Counted from the first letter of the stretch, positions 47,498 through 57,824 are shown. The stretch: DNA of 64,000 nucleotides from an uncultured Chloroflexia bacterium (GCA_963712005.1 CAVQGK010000024.1:728600-792599); one strand, 5' to 3'. The notes: generated by a model not told the origin, from the sequence alone. Numbers and translations: made by a program.

Positions 47498-48169
47498 TCA
47501 CTCCGTCGGTTTGCGTGCGAAGATGTACGCCCGCTGGCTCTGATGCTCGACATCCTGCCCGTATGGCTGCCGCACCAGCGACATCTCGACCGTGAATCCG
47601 GCGTCTCGTAGTAACGATTCAATCTCGCGCGGCTGGAGGAACCAGGTATCCAGCGAGACCTCCTGCCCCCACCACTCGTCCATATGACGCTGTTCATCGC
47701 CCATATGAAACGCCAGCAGGAGCAGGCCGCCGGTACGCAGCACTCGGTGGAATTCCGCGAGCGCTTGTGGCCTCGCCTCCGGTGGCAGATGAATGACCGA
47801 GTACATCGCCACGATACCGCCCCACGACTCATCGGGCGTCGCCAGCGCGAGCATCGAACCCTGCTGGAAGGAAATCTCTGGCAAGCGTTGTTGGGCAATT
47901 GCCACCATCTCTGGCGAAAGGTCAACGCCAATGACCTGCGCGCCCAATCCATGCAAATAGGCGGCGACATGCCCAGGGCCACAGCCGATATCCGCGATGA
48001 TGCCGAGCTCGCCAACCTGCTCGGCAAAGCACGCCAGCAACGCGCGGTCCAGCGGCTTGCCCGCCAACTCCCCGGCGATGCGCGCCGCATATTCCCCAGC
48101 CACGCGGTCATAGGAGGCGCGCGTGTTGGCGAGATTTCCAGGGTCATTTCCAAGGTCATGTGACATCAT
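47498..48169 (-). CDS. class I SAM-dependent methyltransferase
   Basis: Motif I IADIGCGPGHVAAYL, plus VAMYSVIHL. Confidence 0.8.
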   Translation of the reverse strand: MMSHDLGNDPGNLANTRASYDRVAGEYAARIAGELAGKPLDRALLACFAEQVGELGIIADIGCGPGHVAAYLHGLGAQVIGVDLSPEMVAIAQQRLPEISFQQGSMLALATPDESWGGIVAMYSVIHLPPEARPQALAEFHRVLRTGGLLLLAFHMGDEQRHMDEWWGQEVSLDTWFLQPREIESLLRDAGFTVEMSLVRQPYGQDVEHQSQRAYIFARKPTE

Positions 48170-48290
48170 TCATACTCTTCCTGGTGTGTCTCAGATAGAT
48201 CTCAAGAAGGCTCCTTGCACATGATACAATGCCCGTGAGTGAGTTGGAACCAGAGTTGCGCGCGCTTCAGTGGAACATCGAGGCAGAGCA

Positions 48291-48617
48291 ATGCAAGCAG
48301 TCGAATATGTGCGTAGGCGAGATGGCGGCTGGTACGTCGGCGAGAGTGGCGTTTCGGTTTACAGTGTGGTTTCGCTATGGCGTCAAGGTTTCTCCCCGGA
48401 GGAGATACAGGCGAGTTTTACGCCGCTCTCGCTGCGTGATGTTTATGGAACTATCCTCTACTACATGGAAAACCGTGATCAATTAGATGCATATTTTCGC
48501 GAGCAAGACGACCTCTTTCGGCGCAAGAAGGCCGAAAGTGAGGCGCAAAGGCCTGAGTTCTATGCTGAGATGCGTGAGCGAACTGCCCGATTTCGGGAAA
48601 CAGACTATCGCTCATGA
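48291..48617 (+). CDS. DUF433-like small protein (putative antitoxin or regulator)
   Basis: VSVYSVVSLWRQGFSPEEIQASFTPLSLRDVYGTILYY is the DUF433 pattern. Its stop overlaps the next start (ATGA). Confidence 0.6.
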   Translation: MQAVEYVRRRDGGWYVGESGVSVYSVVSLWRQGFSPEEIQASFTPLSLRDVYGTILYYMENRDQLDAYFREQDDLFRRKKAESEAQRPEFYAEMRERTARFRETDYRS

Positions 48618-49003
48618 GTGTAGCTGATGACGCACACGACCAGAAACCACGATTCCTCACCGACGTGAACTTTAATGCTCGCATCATGGTGGGACTACAG
48701 CGTATCGCTCCCACTGTCGATCTCAAAACAGCCCAAAGCGCTGGTTTCCAAACTACGCCTGACCCTGAACTACTTTCTGAGGCGCGACAACTCGATAGGA
48801 TTCTCCTCACTCACGACATCAACACGATGCCAGACCATTTCGCGACTTCCCTCGCCGGTTTAGCAGAAGGCGAACATAGTCCCGGAGTCATGCTAATGGC
48901 ACAGGAACTCGCTATCGGCATAGCAATTCAGGAACTCTATGAAGTATGGTCGTGCAGCAGTCATGAGGAATGGCGCGACCTCTTCACATACCTACCACTG
49001 TAA
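48614..49003 (+). CDS. DUF5615/Mut7-C-like PIN-related protein (putative toxin)
   Basis: FLTDVNFN...DPELLSEARQLDRILLTHD. Classic pairing with DUF433. Confidence 0.55.
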   Translation: MSVADDAHDQKPRFLTDVNFNARIMVGLQRIAPTVDLKTAQSAGFQTTPDPELLSEARQLDRILLTHDINTMPDHFATSLAGLAEGEHSPGVMLMAQELAIGIAIQELYEVWSCSSHEEWRDLFTYLPL

Positions 49004-49975
49004 TTACCCAAAAGCTGGCTCGCGGATCATCCGGTAGTAGCCCGGCTCCGGCAGGTAACCGAGCGCGCGGTTGATCGCCAGCATCGGCGCGTTTTCCGAG
49101 TCGTTGTTGGTGCTGATGTACTCGGCGTCATAGCGGCGCGCGCATGTGATAGCCAGCAGCTTGAGCGCTTGGGCGATTCCCTTGCCGCGCCAGGCGGGAT
49201 CAACCCCGGTGAACATGTTATACATCGAGTTCGTGTTCGCGAAATAGCCGACCGCCGCCATGCCAACCCAGGTATCGCCTGTCGCAGCGACGATCTGCCC
49301 ATCGGGACGATACCATGATGCGCCGCAGACTGTCTTCTGGAACTGCTCGAACGGCATAAAGTCACCATCATGTCCAGGAGTATCGCGCGCCAATGCGGCG
49401 TTGAGGTCGTACAGTTTGCGCCGCGCCTTGTCGGTATCGCCAAGGTCAGCCAGAGAGAAGAAGCGAATCCCTTCCGTTTCCGCACGCTTCACCGCGCCCG
49501 CGAACCGCTGCTCATCGAAGTCGGCCAGATGGAGTCGCGACTCGAAGATGTGGCGATCCCGGCGAAAGCTATAGCGCTCGGCGAAGCGCAGACCCTCGGC
49601 AGAGTTGTCGCGCACCTCGGCTACCAGCCGTGTCGCCCCCTGTTCTCTGGCGAAGGCAAGCGCGGCCTCGGCCAATTGCGTCCCCAGGCCCTGCCGCCGA
49701 TGGTCCGGCGCGACGACCGTCGATATCCAGAATTGGTGCGGCGGCTCCCACGGCCAGCTCGCGGCATCGCTGAATCCCACCATCGCCGCCGTGTCTGCCT
49801 CGTCTAGCTCATCGAAGGCGGCGAGCCGCTGCCGCATCAGTCCCGTGGGCGCGTTGCCCTCCCACTCCTGAAGCAGCTCAGGCGTTGGCGGCTCTGGATC
49901 GCGCACAACCAATAACGCCGCCAGCGCTAGAAAATCGCGCGACGTATCGAGTGGGCGTATCCGCATGGTAGCCAT
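49004..49975 (-). CDS. tandem-GNAT N-acetyltransferase
   Basis: Two acetyl-CoA motifs (HRRQGLGTQLAEAAL; WRGKGIAQALKLLAI). Confidence 0.8.
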   Translation of the reverse strand: MATMRIRPLDTSRDFLALAALLVVRDPEPPTPELLQEWEGNAPTGLMRQRLAAFDELDEADTAAMVGFSDAASWPWEPPHQFWISTVVAPDHRRQGLGTQLAEAALAFAREQGATRLVAEVRDNSAEGLRFAERYSFRRDRHIFESRLHLADFDEQRFAGAVKRAETEGIRFFSLADLGDTDKARRKLYDLNAALARDTPGHDGDFMPFEQFQKTVCGASWYRPDGQIVAATGDTWVGMAAVGYFANTNSMYNMFTGVDPAWRGKGIAQALKLLAITCARRYDAEYISTNNDSENAPMLAINRALGYLPEPGYYRMIREPAFG

Positions 49976-50041
49976 CTCCAGGAGACTATAAGACGCCTAT
50001 TGGTTCATCATGATGCGCGCAGCGGGAGGCGGACGGTCTAC

Positions 50042-51484
50042 TTAAAACTCGCCCGCCTCGTCGGCCATACGCACCATTCGCGGGGTAAACTTGCCCAGCA
50101 CATCGATCAGGTCACTCTGTGCGGCGACGACCGTCTCGATATCCTTGTATGCCTGGGGCGCCTCGTCCACATTGCCGCCAAGTAGCGTTACGCCTCGCTC
50201 GCGCAGATAGGCATCCCGCGTTGTCCTGGTAATTGACTCGAAGGCGGCCCGGCGGCTCATGCGGCGGCCCGCGCCATGCGACGCCGAGTTGAGCGCTACC
50301 TCCGACCCGCGCCCACGCACGACGTAGCCCGCGTCACCCATCGAGCCGGGAATGATGCCCATCACACCATCACCCGCGGGAGTCGCCCCCTTGCGATGTA
50401 CAACCGCACGCGAACCATCAGGCAACTCCTCCAACCAGGCAAAATTGTGGAAGTTTTCTACGACAGCCGCCGACCTCAACTTCATCGCCACCGCCACGCG
50501 CTGGTGGATGACGGCGTGATTCGCCGAGGCGAAGCGTCCCGCCAACTCCATCGAGAGCCAGTATTCCTGGCCCGCCTCGCTGGAAAGCGAGAGCCATGCC
50601 AGATGGCGCAGCGAGGCATCCAGGCGTGGATGCTCCCGCGACGCCAGCTCGGTATAGGTGTTGGCAATCTTGAAGCCAACGCCCCGCGAACCACTGTGTG
50701 AGAGCAGCGCCAGGTATTCGCCCGCATTCAGGCCAAGCTGTTCGTCGTCGGCATAGAGGCGGAACGCGCCCCACTCGACGAAATGGTTGCCGCTGCCAGA
50801 TGTGCCCAACTGCTGCTGAGCCTTGATCTTGAGCGACTTGAGCAGCCGCGTCGCCAACCATGCCGGGTCGTCCAGCACGGGATGATCGGGACGGTCGCGC
50901 AGCTCCCAACCCTCGCGCAATCCGAAGCGCGTGCGATCCAGCAGGGCGTTACGAAACTCGGCGCGCCGCTGGCCAAGCACGATCGGCGAGATGTCGTAGA
51001 TCGAGAGCCGCATGCGACAGCCAATATCGACGCCAACCGCGTACGGAATGACCGCGTCATCCGCCGCCAGCACGCCGCCGATGGGCAGGCCATAGCCCAC
51101 ATGCGCGTCAGGCATGAGCGCGCCCTGAATCGCGACGGGCAGCCGCATCGCATTTTCCATCTGGGCAACCGCCTGACCCTCGATCAGGCGCTCGCCCCAG
51201 ACCGCAAAGCTCGCGGGCTGGTCTCGGACAATATCTTCCGCCTCATCGTATGGCCGCTTGGAGCGGCGCAGACACTCGCGTGCCAGCGCCGCGAATGTCG
51301 GGTCAGCCAGATATTTGCCCGGCTCCTCGCGTACGCCGTCCAGCCAGACGAGGATGGCGTCCTGTTCGAGGCCGGTCTTCGCCAGGTCTTCCGCGGCCGA
51401 TTTTGCCAGCCCGATGATCTTGCCTTCGGGCCAGCCGTAGGTTTTGAGTATCTTGCCGGTTATCATTACAAGCCTCTTCAGCAT
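50042..51484 (-). CDS. rtcB: RtcB-family RNA 3'-phosphate ligase with an N-terminal extension of about 100 aa
   Basis: PDAHVGYGLPIGGV, GSGNHF, SHSGSRG, HRKGAT and SASHGAGR. Confidence 0.88.
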   Translation of the reverse strand: MLKRLVMITGKILKTYGWPEGKIIGLAKSAAEDLAKTGLEQDAILVWLDGVREEPGKYLADPTFAALARECLRRSKRPYDEAEDIVRDQPASFAVWGERLIEGQAVAQMENAMRLPVAIQGALMPDAHVGYGLPIGGVLAADDAVIPYAVGVDIGCRMRLSIYDISPIVLGQRRAEFRNALLDRTRFGLREGWELRDRPDHPVLDDPAWLATRLLKSLKIKAQQQLGTSGSGNHFVEWGAFRLYADDEQLGLNAGEYLALLSHSGSRGVGFKIANTYTELASREHPRLDASLRHLAWLSLSSEAGQEYWLSMELAGRFASANHAVIHQRVAVAMKLRSAAVVENFHNFAWLEELPDGSRAVVHRKGATPAGDGVMGIIPGSMGDAGYVVRGRGSEVALNSASHGAGRRMSRRAAFESITRTTRDAYLRERGVTLLGGNVDEAPQAYKDIETVVAAQSDLIDVLGKFTPRMVRMADEAGEF

Positions 51485-52072
51485 CGAGACGAATCTCGAA
51501 TAGCGCGCATAAAAATAGCGCGGATGTCATCAATCGGACACCCGCGCCTGCTCTCTGATCGAGTACGTCTCAATCCATCCTCCGACGGCGAGAATGAGTG
51601 TACGCTTGTTGGCAGGCACGGGGATACAGCGCTTGGGTAAACGGCGCAATGCCGAGTAGCTTCTGTCGCATGCTGCGTCCTCCTGTCCTTCGTGCTGTCG
51701 ATCATCGGTTCATTGGTTCATTGGTGCGCTCAACTGGCGCCGCGCATAAGGTAACATACTGGAGCACTTACACGCAAGGGTTGTCCCGTTCACTCAAGCA
51801 GAAATCTGACACCTGCCACTGTCTAGCCGCCCTGGACATAGGGACAGCTATACATGCGCCGCTTGCCGCTCGCGCCACGCGAGCGCTACGATGTGACATT
51901 GAGACAGGGGGACACCTTCCGCCGCTGTCAAACCCGCCACCAGGCTATACCATGTGCTAGACTGACGAGCGGTGACACGTGCCAATCAGGCACAGGTTTT
52001 GCGGCAGACAGCATGGGTGTCTCTCTCACCCAGTTTTACCGATTCGCAGAGCGTAAGGAGGATTCCGAAACA

Positions 52073-52693
52073 ATGGCGTACGAACTTCCATCACTACCGT
52101 ATGACTACAACGCGCTGGAACCGTATATCGACGAAGAAACGATGCATCTGCATCATGACAAACACCACCAGGCATACGTCAACAACCTGAACGCGGCGCT
52201 TCAGGGGCAGAGCCAGTTCGATAACATGGGCATCGATGAGCTGATCCGCAGCCTGAATAGTGTCCCCGACAACATTCGCACGACCGTCCGCAACAACGGC
52301 GGCGGCCACATCAACCACAGCATGTTCTGGCAGATCATGAAGCCCAATGGCGGCGGCGAGCCAACCGGCGACCTCGCCAGCGCCATCTCTTCGGCGTTTG
52401 GCTCATTCGATCAGTTCAAGGCAGCGTTCAATGACGCTGGCGCCAAGCGCTTCGGCTCCGGCTGGGCGTGGCTGGTCATCGGCACGGATGGCAAGCTCGC
52501 GGTCACCTCGACGGCTAACCAGGACAGCCCACTCATCGACGGCCTCCACCCGGTGATGGGCAACGATGTCTGGGAGCACGCCTACTATCTGAAGTATCAG
52601 AACCGGCGCCCAGAGTATCTGGCGGCCTGGTGGAATGTCGTCAACTGGGACGAGATCGCCAAACGCTTTGCCCAGGGTATGAGCGGACGCTAG
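52073..52693 (+). CDS. sodA: superoxide dismutase, Mn-type
   Basis: [31 protein letters not shown] and TANQD (Mn-type Gly and Gln positions), and [11 protein letters not shown] follows AAGGAGGA. Confidence 0.9.
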   Translation: MAYELPSLPYDYNALEPYIDEETMHLHHDKHHQAYVNNLNAALQGQSQFDNMGIDELIRSLNSVPDNIRTTVRNNGGGHINHSMFWQIMKPNGGGEPTGDLASAISSAFGSFDQFKAAFNDAGAKRFGSGWAWLVIGTDGKLAVTSTANQDSPLIDGLHPVMGNDVWEHAYYLKYQNRRPEYLAAWWNVVNWDEIAKRFAQGMSGR

Positions 52694-52717
52694 CGCGCAC
52701 GTAGCCCTCAATATCTT

Positions 52718-52752
52718 CCCCTCCTCCATGTGGCAGTCACACGGAGGAGGGG
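52718..52752 (+). terminator. sodA terminator hairpin
   Basis: CCCCTCCTCC, 15-nt loop, GGAGGAGGGG, followed by ATTATTTGTG. Confidence 0.65.
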
Positions 52753-53271
52753 ATTATTTGTGCGTTCACGGTTACTCAGTCCAGCTATTCAGGTGACAGT
52801 CTGCCCCGCTCTATGAGGATGCCGCACCAGGTTCGCGTCAAGATGTGGAACACGTCATTGCGTACAAACGATATATCGTACATCCTAAGTCTTAGACAGG
52901 TTATAACCTTGGACACTACAGCGGCCCAGGGTTATGGGATACAATATTAACAACGCAGATATGAATGGCAAGTTTGCAACCCTGAGGCGATTTCCGCGTA
53001 GACATTCCGGGAAACTCAGCTTCAGAGAGGCATAGTCAACCAGGTTCATGTCGGCGTGTTGCAATGAGACAGCTCGATGTGGCGAATGTATCACCGAGAT
53101 GGTCGGGGAAAATCGCCAACGAGATAGATATGGCACACGGCCAAACGAAGGAGGCCCGGGGTGGATATCCAAAGTACTACCCTGGCTGCTGGTAAAGCGC
53201 TGGGTCGCGCGATGTCTGGAAGTTCGCAGGGAGAGAATACACAGAGTATCCCTTCGTCGCGGACAACCGAT

Positions 53272-53901
53272 ATGATCGAGGACACCACTCTCGTGCGCAG
53301 AACGCTTTCTGGTGATCAGGAGGCATTCTCGTCGCTTGTTGAGAAGTACAAGGATCCTGTGTTCAATGTCGCCTACCGCATGCTCGGTAATCCCACCGAG
53401 GCGGAGGACGTTGCCCAGGAAGCTTTTGTCCGCGCCTACACCCAGCTACATACCTACAAAGACACGCATCGGTTCAGCACATGGCTGCTCTCCATTGCGT
53501 CGCACCTTTCGATTGACCAGCTTCGTCGTCGACGTTTTCTCGCATTGCCCCTGGAGAACGTGCCTTTCCTGGAATGGATCGCCGATGTCGGCCCAGGGCC
53601 AGAGCAGTCCGCTCTGCGCCACGAGACCGCTGACGACATGCAGCGCATCCTCAATACGCTGCCGGTCAAATATCGCGCGGTTCTGCTTCTGCGCTACTGG
53701 CATGACTTCTCCTATGAGGAAATTGCCCAGACCCTGGATCTGACTCCGGCCCTGGTGAAAGCCCGTCTCCACCGCGCCCGCGAGTTGGTCGCGCGCACAA
53801 TGAAGGCACAGGGGCTGGACATGACCCTCGCCAGCGAGGAAACAGATGAGCGAGAGCATGGAAAGATCGCGGCAGGCGACGTCGGGCTGGCGGCGCACTA
53901 G
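53272..53901 (+). CDS. ECF-type RNA polymerase sigma factor
   Basis: Region 2 (FNVAYRMLGNPTEAEDVAQEAFVRAY; STWLLSIASH) and region 4 (YRAVLLLRYWHDFSYEEIAQTL). ATG at 53272. Confidence 0.88.
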   Translation: MIEDTTLVRRTLSGDQEAFSSLVEKYKDPVFNVAYRMLGNPTEAEDVAQEAFVRAYTQLHTYKDTHRFSTWLLSIASHLSIDQLRRRRFLALPLENVPFLEWIADVGPGPEQSALRHETADDMQRILNTLPVKYRAVLLLRYWHDFSYEEIAQTLDLTPALVKARLHRARELVARTMKAQGLDMTLASEETDEREHGKIAAGDVGLAAH

Positions 53902-54460
53902 TATCGCCGCCTTCGCCGCGCTATTCGCCTTCATCCTCGCGCGTGTGGCGTTACGCCGCCGCCCAGCATTGCCCGCGGGTACACGACAGGCCAGCATCGC
54001 GGTCGAACCCGCCGAGGATGCGCTCGACCGTCAGATTCGGCTACGCATGCCCGTCACGATGGCCAGCGCGCCCAGCGAATTTACCGCGAAGGTGCTAACG
54101 CGCATCGCGACGGCGCCCGCGCCGCAACAGCAACTTGTCGCGGGTCCAGTTCCACGAGTCGGGTGGCTACGTTCTCTGCGCATTCTCGGCGCGACGTTGA
54201 GTATGGCGCTGCTCCTCATGCTGGGAACAGGGGTGGTCGTCACCCTCATTAACCCCACGCTGGCAGTCGCGATTCTCGACGCGCTCATCTCGGTAGCGAT
54301 TGGTCTGTTGGCGTTTGGACGAATGATCGGCCAACTGATTGGCCGCGCTACCGCAACGCCCTGGGTAGTTCCCGCTGTCCTGGGGGCTTTGCTGGGATGT
54401 CTGCTGCTTTCCTGGGCGCAACTGACTCGCCAGTTCGGGCGCGACCCACAGGAAGCCTGA
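53846..54460 (+). CDS. putative membrane anti-sigma factor
   Basis: Overlaps the sigma gene's 3' end and has several TM helices. The call rests on position only; there is no recognisable zinc-binding motif. Confidence 0.45.
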   Translation: MSESMERSRQATSGWRRTSIAAFAALFAFILARVALRRRPALPAGTRQASIAVEPAEDALDRQIRLRMPVTMASAPSEFTAKVLTRIATAPAPQQQLVAGPVPRVGWLRSLRILGATLSMALLLMLGTGVVVTLINPTLAVAILDALISVAIGLLAFGRMIGQLIGRATATPWVVPAVLGALLGCLLLSWAQLTRQFGRDPQEA

Positions 54461-54467
54461 CACCCCC

Positions 54468-55511
54468 ATGCGCGCCCCACATTCATCGTCGCATACACGC
54501 CATGCGATCCTCCTCGCCGCGCTTCTTGGTGGCGTCGCACTCTTCGCCGCTGCTTTTGCGCTGCCCTGGCAAACCTGGCTGAACGGCGCGCCCAGCGAAC
54601 AGCCCGACTGGCTTGCGCTTTCGTCTGGACCCCTCAACGGAACCGCCCCCGCATGGCATCACGTTCAGCGTGAGAGCTGCACGCCAGATGATCACGATAT
54701 CTTTGGCAAGGATGTGGTCGTTGATACACAACAGTGGTATTGCGGCCACGTCATGGACTACGGCGGCAATATTACCGTGCTTGGCCGTGTAAGCAACGAT
54801 GTCGTGGCGGTTGGTGGGAGTATTGTCGTCTCGGGCGAGGTGGATGGCCGCGTGCTAGCGCTCGGTGGAAACGTGACACTCCTGCCAGGCGCGCATATCG
54901 CTGGCGATGTGCAGACATTTGGTGGCTCTGTGAGCCGCGCGCCTGGTGTTGAGGTCGATGGCCGGATCGATCCTGGCATGACGACTGATCAATTCACGCT
55001 GCCCAATGTCACCAGCATCATTCCCGTCCGCCTCGACTGGACCGATGTCATTTTCTGGGCATTCTCAGGGCTGATCATCTCGCTCTTCCTGCCGTCGCAA
55101 CTGACACGCGTGCGGCTTATGGCCCGACACCAGCCCCTTGGTAGCCTGTTTGTCGGCTTGCTGGCATACGCGATTGGCGTCGTCGCCGCGCTGGTGCTGG
55201 TGCTGAGCTGCCTAGGTATCCCGCTGGCGCTGGCGATAGGCGTGGTGCTGTGGGGAGGCTCGATCTTTGGCACCGCGTCGCTCGGCCTCTGGATTGGCAG
55301 TGCGCTAGTTCCCGGCGCGGCGAGCCACAGACGCCTGCCCTTTATCCTGGCGACCGTTTTGGGGGTTTCGCTGCTGGCCATTGCCAGCACCGCGCCGGTC
55401 ATCGGCGGGATCATTCGCGTGCTGGTGAGTTGCGCGGGTCTGGGCGCCGTGCTCCTCTCGATTGTGACGATGCGCCATCCGTCCCCGACGCGGCGGCGCG
55501 CCCTGGTTTAG
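54468..55511 (+). CDS. membrane protein with bactofilin/polymer-forming-like beta-helix repeats
   Basis: GGNITVLGRVSNDVVAVGGSIVVSGEVDGRVLALGGNVTLLPGAHIAGDVQTFGGSV, followed by 4-5 TM helices. Confidence 0.55.
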   Translation: MRAPHSSSHTRHAILLAALLGGVALFAAAFALPWQTWLNGAPSEQPDWLALSSGPLNGTAPAWHHVQRESCTPDDHDIFGKDVVVDTQQWYCGHVMDYGGNITVLGRVSNDVVAVGGSIVVSGEVDGRVLALGGNVTLLPGAHIAGDVQTFGGSVSRAPGVEVDGRIDPGMTTDQFTLPNVTSIIPVRLDWTDVIFWAFSGLIISLFLPSQLTRVRLMARHQPLGSLFVGLLAYAIGVVAALVLVLSCLGIPLALAIGVVLWGGSIFGTASLGLWIGSALVPGAASHRRLPFILATVLGVSLLAIASTAPVIGGIIRVLVSCAGLGAVLLSIVTMRHPSPTRRRALV

Positions 55512-55638
55512 ATTCGCCTATACCTGTAATCTCTATCCCTCTGATTGTCTTTGACTTTATCTATGCTACAATACCGCAGAACATCTCGTCACCTGTAAAG
55601 ATTACCCATGTCGATTAAGCGGAGAAGGGCCTGCGGTT

Positions 55639-57021
55639 ATGTCGGACACAGTGACAGGCGATGCGCTGCTGGAAATAGACTTGACCGATCTCGCCTACAG
55701 GGGAGATGCGGTAGGCCGCTATAACGGGCGCGCGATATTCGTGCCCGGCGGAATCGCTGGCGAGCGTGTCCGCATCCGTGTGGTGAGTGAAAGCAAGTCC
55801 TCCGCGCGGGCGGAGCTGGTCGAGGTGCTGGAAGCGTCGCCAGACCGTGTCGCGCCACGCTATCCCGACCTCACCGAGTCAGGCGGATTCCAGTGGCAAC
55901 ACATCGCCTATCCTGCCCAGGTCGCCTGGAAGACGCATATCGTCGAGCAGTTGCTCCAGCGTATTGGGCATTTTACTGAACCGCCTGTGCTGCCTACCAT
56001 CGGTATGCCTGAAGGCAGCGACCTCTGGCGCTATCGCACGGTCGCCCAGTTCGCCATTGGCGCGGACGGCACGATTGGCTTCCGTCGCGCCGGTAGCCAC
56101 GACGTGCTGGATATGCCCGCATGCCCCATTGTCCATCCGAAGTTGGATACCCTCTATGTCGCTATTCGCGAGTGGATGCGCGCGCGCTGGGGCGCCGAAG
56201 CTGCCGGATTTACCGAGCGATTCACCATACGGGTCGCCGCAAACCCGCCGGATGAAGCCCCGACCGAGACCGTTGTGAAGGGTTACGGTCTGCTGACCAT
56301 CGAGGCGCACGCCGCGGGCGGACTCGCCAACGGCGACGAGATGGCCGTGCTCGCAAACACGATACATAGCGAGATACCCGGACTGGCAGGGGTCGTCATT
56401 CTTGGGGTTCCAGGTGGGCATGGCCGCATTACCGCTGGCTCTGACTTCATCTTTGAGCGTGTACTGAACAAGAACTACCGTGTCTCGGCGGGTTCGTTCT
56501 TTCAGGTCAACGCCGCGCAGACACCAGTTCTCGTGCGCGAGGCGCGTGCTGCGGCGCGCCTGTTGCCCGCGGATCACTTACTGGACGGCTACAGTGGCGT
56601 TGGATTGTTCTCGCTGATTCTCGCGGATGACGTTGCCCGCGTTCATGCGATAGAGTCACATCCAGGCGCGGTTGCCGACGCGCGTGCCAGCGCAACCCTG
56701 AATCACACCAGCAACGTCATCGCAACCGAAGGGGTACTGGAGCGCGTCCTGGGCGCCATGCGCTCCCCACGTGATCGCGCGGACGTCGTGCTGGTTGACC
56801 CGCCACGCACCGGATGTCTGCCAGGCGCGCTGAGTGAGATACAGCGGCTTGCGCCGCGAACCTTCGTCTATGTCTCCTGCGATCCTTCGACACTTGCCCG
56901 CGATCTGCGCATCATCTGCGACAACGGCTACCGGCTGGTATCCGTACAGCCGGTTGATATGTTCCCCTTCACGACGCATATCGAATGCGTAGCCCACTGC
57001 GAGCGAGTGACTTCCGTGTGA
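55639..57021 (+). CDS. RumA/TrmA-family RNA (uracil-C5)-methyltransferase with TRAM domain
   Basis: TRAM-like N-terminus (GDAVGRYNGRAIFVPGGIAGERV), FFQVN, DGYSGVGLFS, VLVDPPRTG and YVSCDPSTLARD. Confidence 0.8.
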   Translation: MSDTVTGDALLEIDLTDLAYRGDAVGRYNGRAIFVPGGIAGERVRIRVVSESKSSARAELVEVLEASPDRVAPRYPDLTESGGFQWQHIAYPAQVAWKTHIVEQLLQRIGHFTEPPVLPTIGMPEGSDLWRYRTVAQFAIGADGTIGFRRAGSHDVLDMPACPIVHPKLDTLYVAIREWMRARWGAEAAGFTERFTIRVAANPPDEAPTETVVKGYGLLTIEAHAAGGLANGDEMAVLANTIHSEIPGLAGVVILGVPGGHGRITAGSDFIFERVLNKNYRVSAGSFFQVNAAQTPVLVREARAAARLLPADHLLDGYSGVGLFSLILADDVARVHAIESHPGAVADARASATLNHTSNVIATEGVLERVLGAMRSPRDRADVVLVDPPRTGCLPGALSEIQRLAPRTFVYVSCDPSTLARDLRIICDNGYRLVSVQPVDMFPFTTHIECVAHCERVTSV

Positions 57022-57044
57022 GCGGCACGGGGATTGGCTTGTTC

Positions 57045-57780
57045 TCAGGAAGCCTGCGCGCCTTTTGTGTAAAACCGCTGGGCCGCTGCGTCTATCGCCT
57101 GCTTCATCGCCGCACCTGGCGCTTCGAGCACTGGCCCGTGACCCACGGCCAACCGGGTTGGCTGTAGCTCGGTGAGTGCGCGAGCGGTGCGGAGCGAGGT
57201 CGCCTTGTCCCACGTCGCCATCGAGGAGAACGGGAATCGCATCCTGAACATCCCTGAGACGCCAATGCCGGTGAAGGTGAAGAGCGCGTCGCCAGCGATC
57301 AATGTGCCATCCCGGGTATCGAGAAACGCGATGTGTCCAGGTGTATGACCCGGAGCGGCGATCACCCGTAGCGATTCCACCGTGTCGCCGGGCTGGAGCA
57401 CGGCCGTCTGCCGCGTCGTGATGGCTGGATAGTCGCCGCGTGGCTTCGTCTGAGCTTCATCCGCGTCGAGGCTGAAGTCGCGCGCCAGCAATCGCGCCTC
57501 ACGCGCGCCCACCAGCACTTCGGCATCAGGAAGCGCCTGATGGAGCGGATCAAGGGAGCCGACGTGGTCGCCGTGCACATGCGTCAGCGCAATCCGCCGG
57601 ATCGGCGCGCCAAGTTGCTTAGCCGCAGCCAGTATGGCATCCGCTGTCTTCGTCCAGTTGGTGTCTACCAGTGTCAGGCCGTCATCCTCGCGCACCAGGT
57701 AGCAGTTGATCGGAAATAGGATCGTTGACTTCTCTATCTGCGTCAGAAAGGGGCCATGGGTCGTTATCGAGATCGCCATC
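57045..57780 (-). CDS. MBL-fold metallo-hydrolase
   Basis: THVHGDHVG and PGHTPGH. ATG at 57780 lies 8 nt after GGAGG; the track uses GTG at 57788. Confidence 0.85.
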
Positions 57781-57809
57781 GAATACACCTCCGACTCTCT
57801 ACGCCAATT

Positions 57810-57824
57810 ACTAATATAATTAGT
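57810..57824. promoter_or_regulatory. AT-rich operator-like palindrome ACTAAT-ATA-ATTAGT, with a second TAATTAG 21 bp away
   Basis: Read directly from the sequence. It lies 30-65 nt upstream of the MBL hydrolase start, in a locally very AT-rich patch. Confidence 0.4.
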
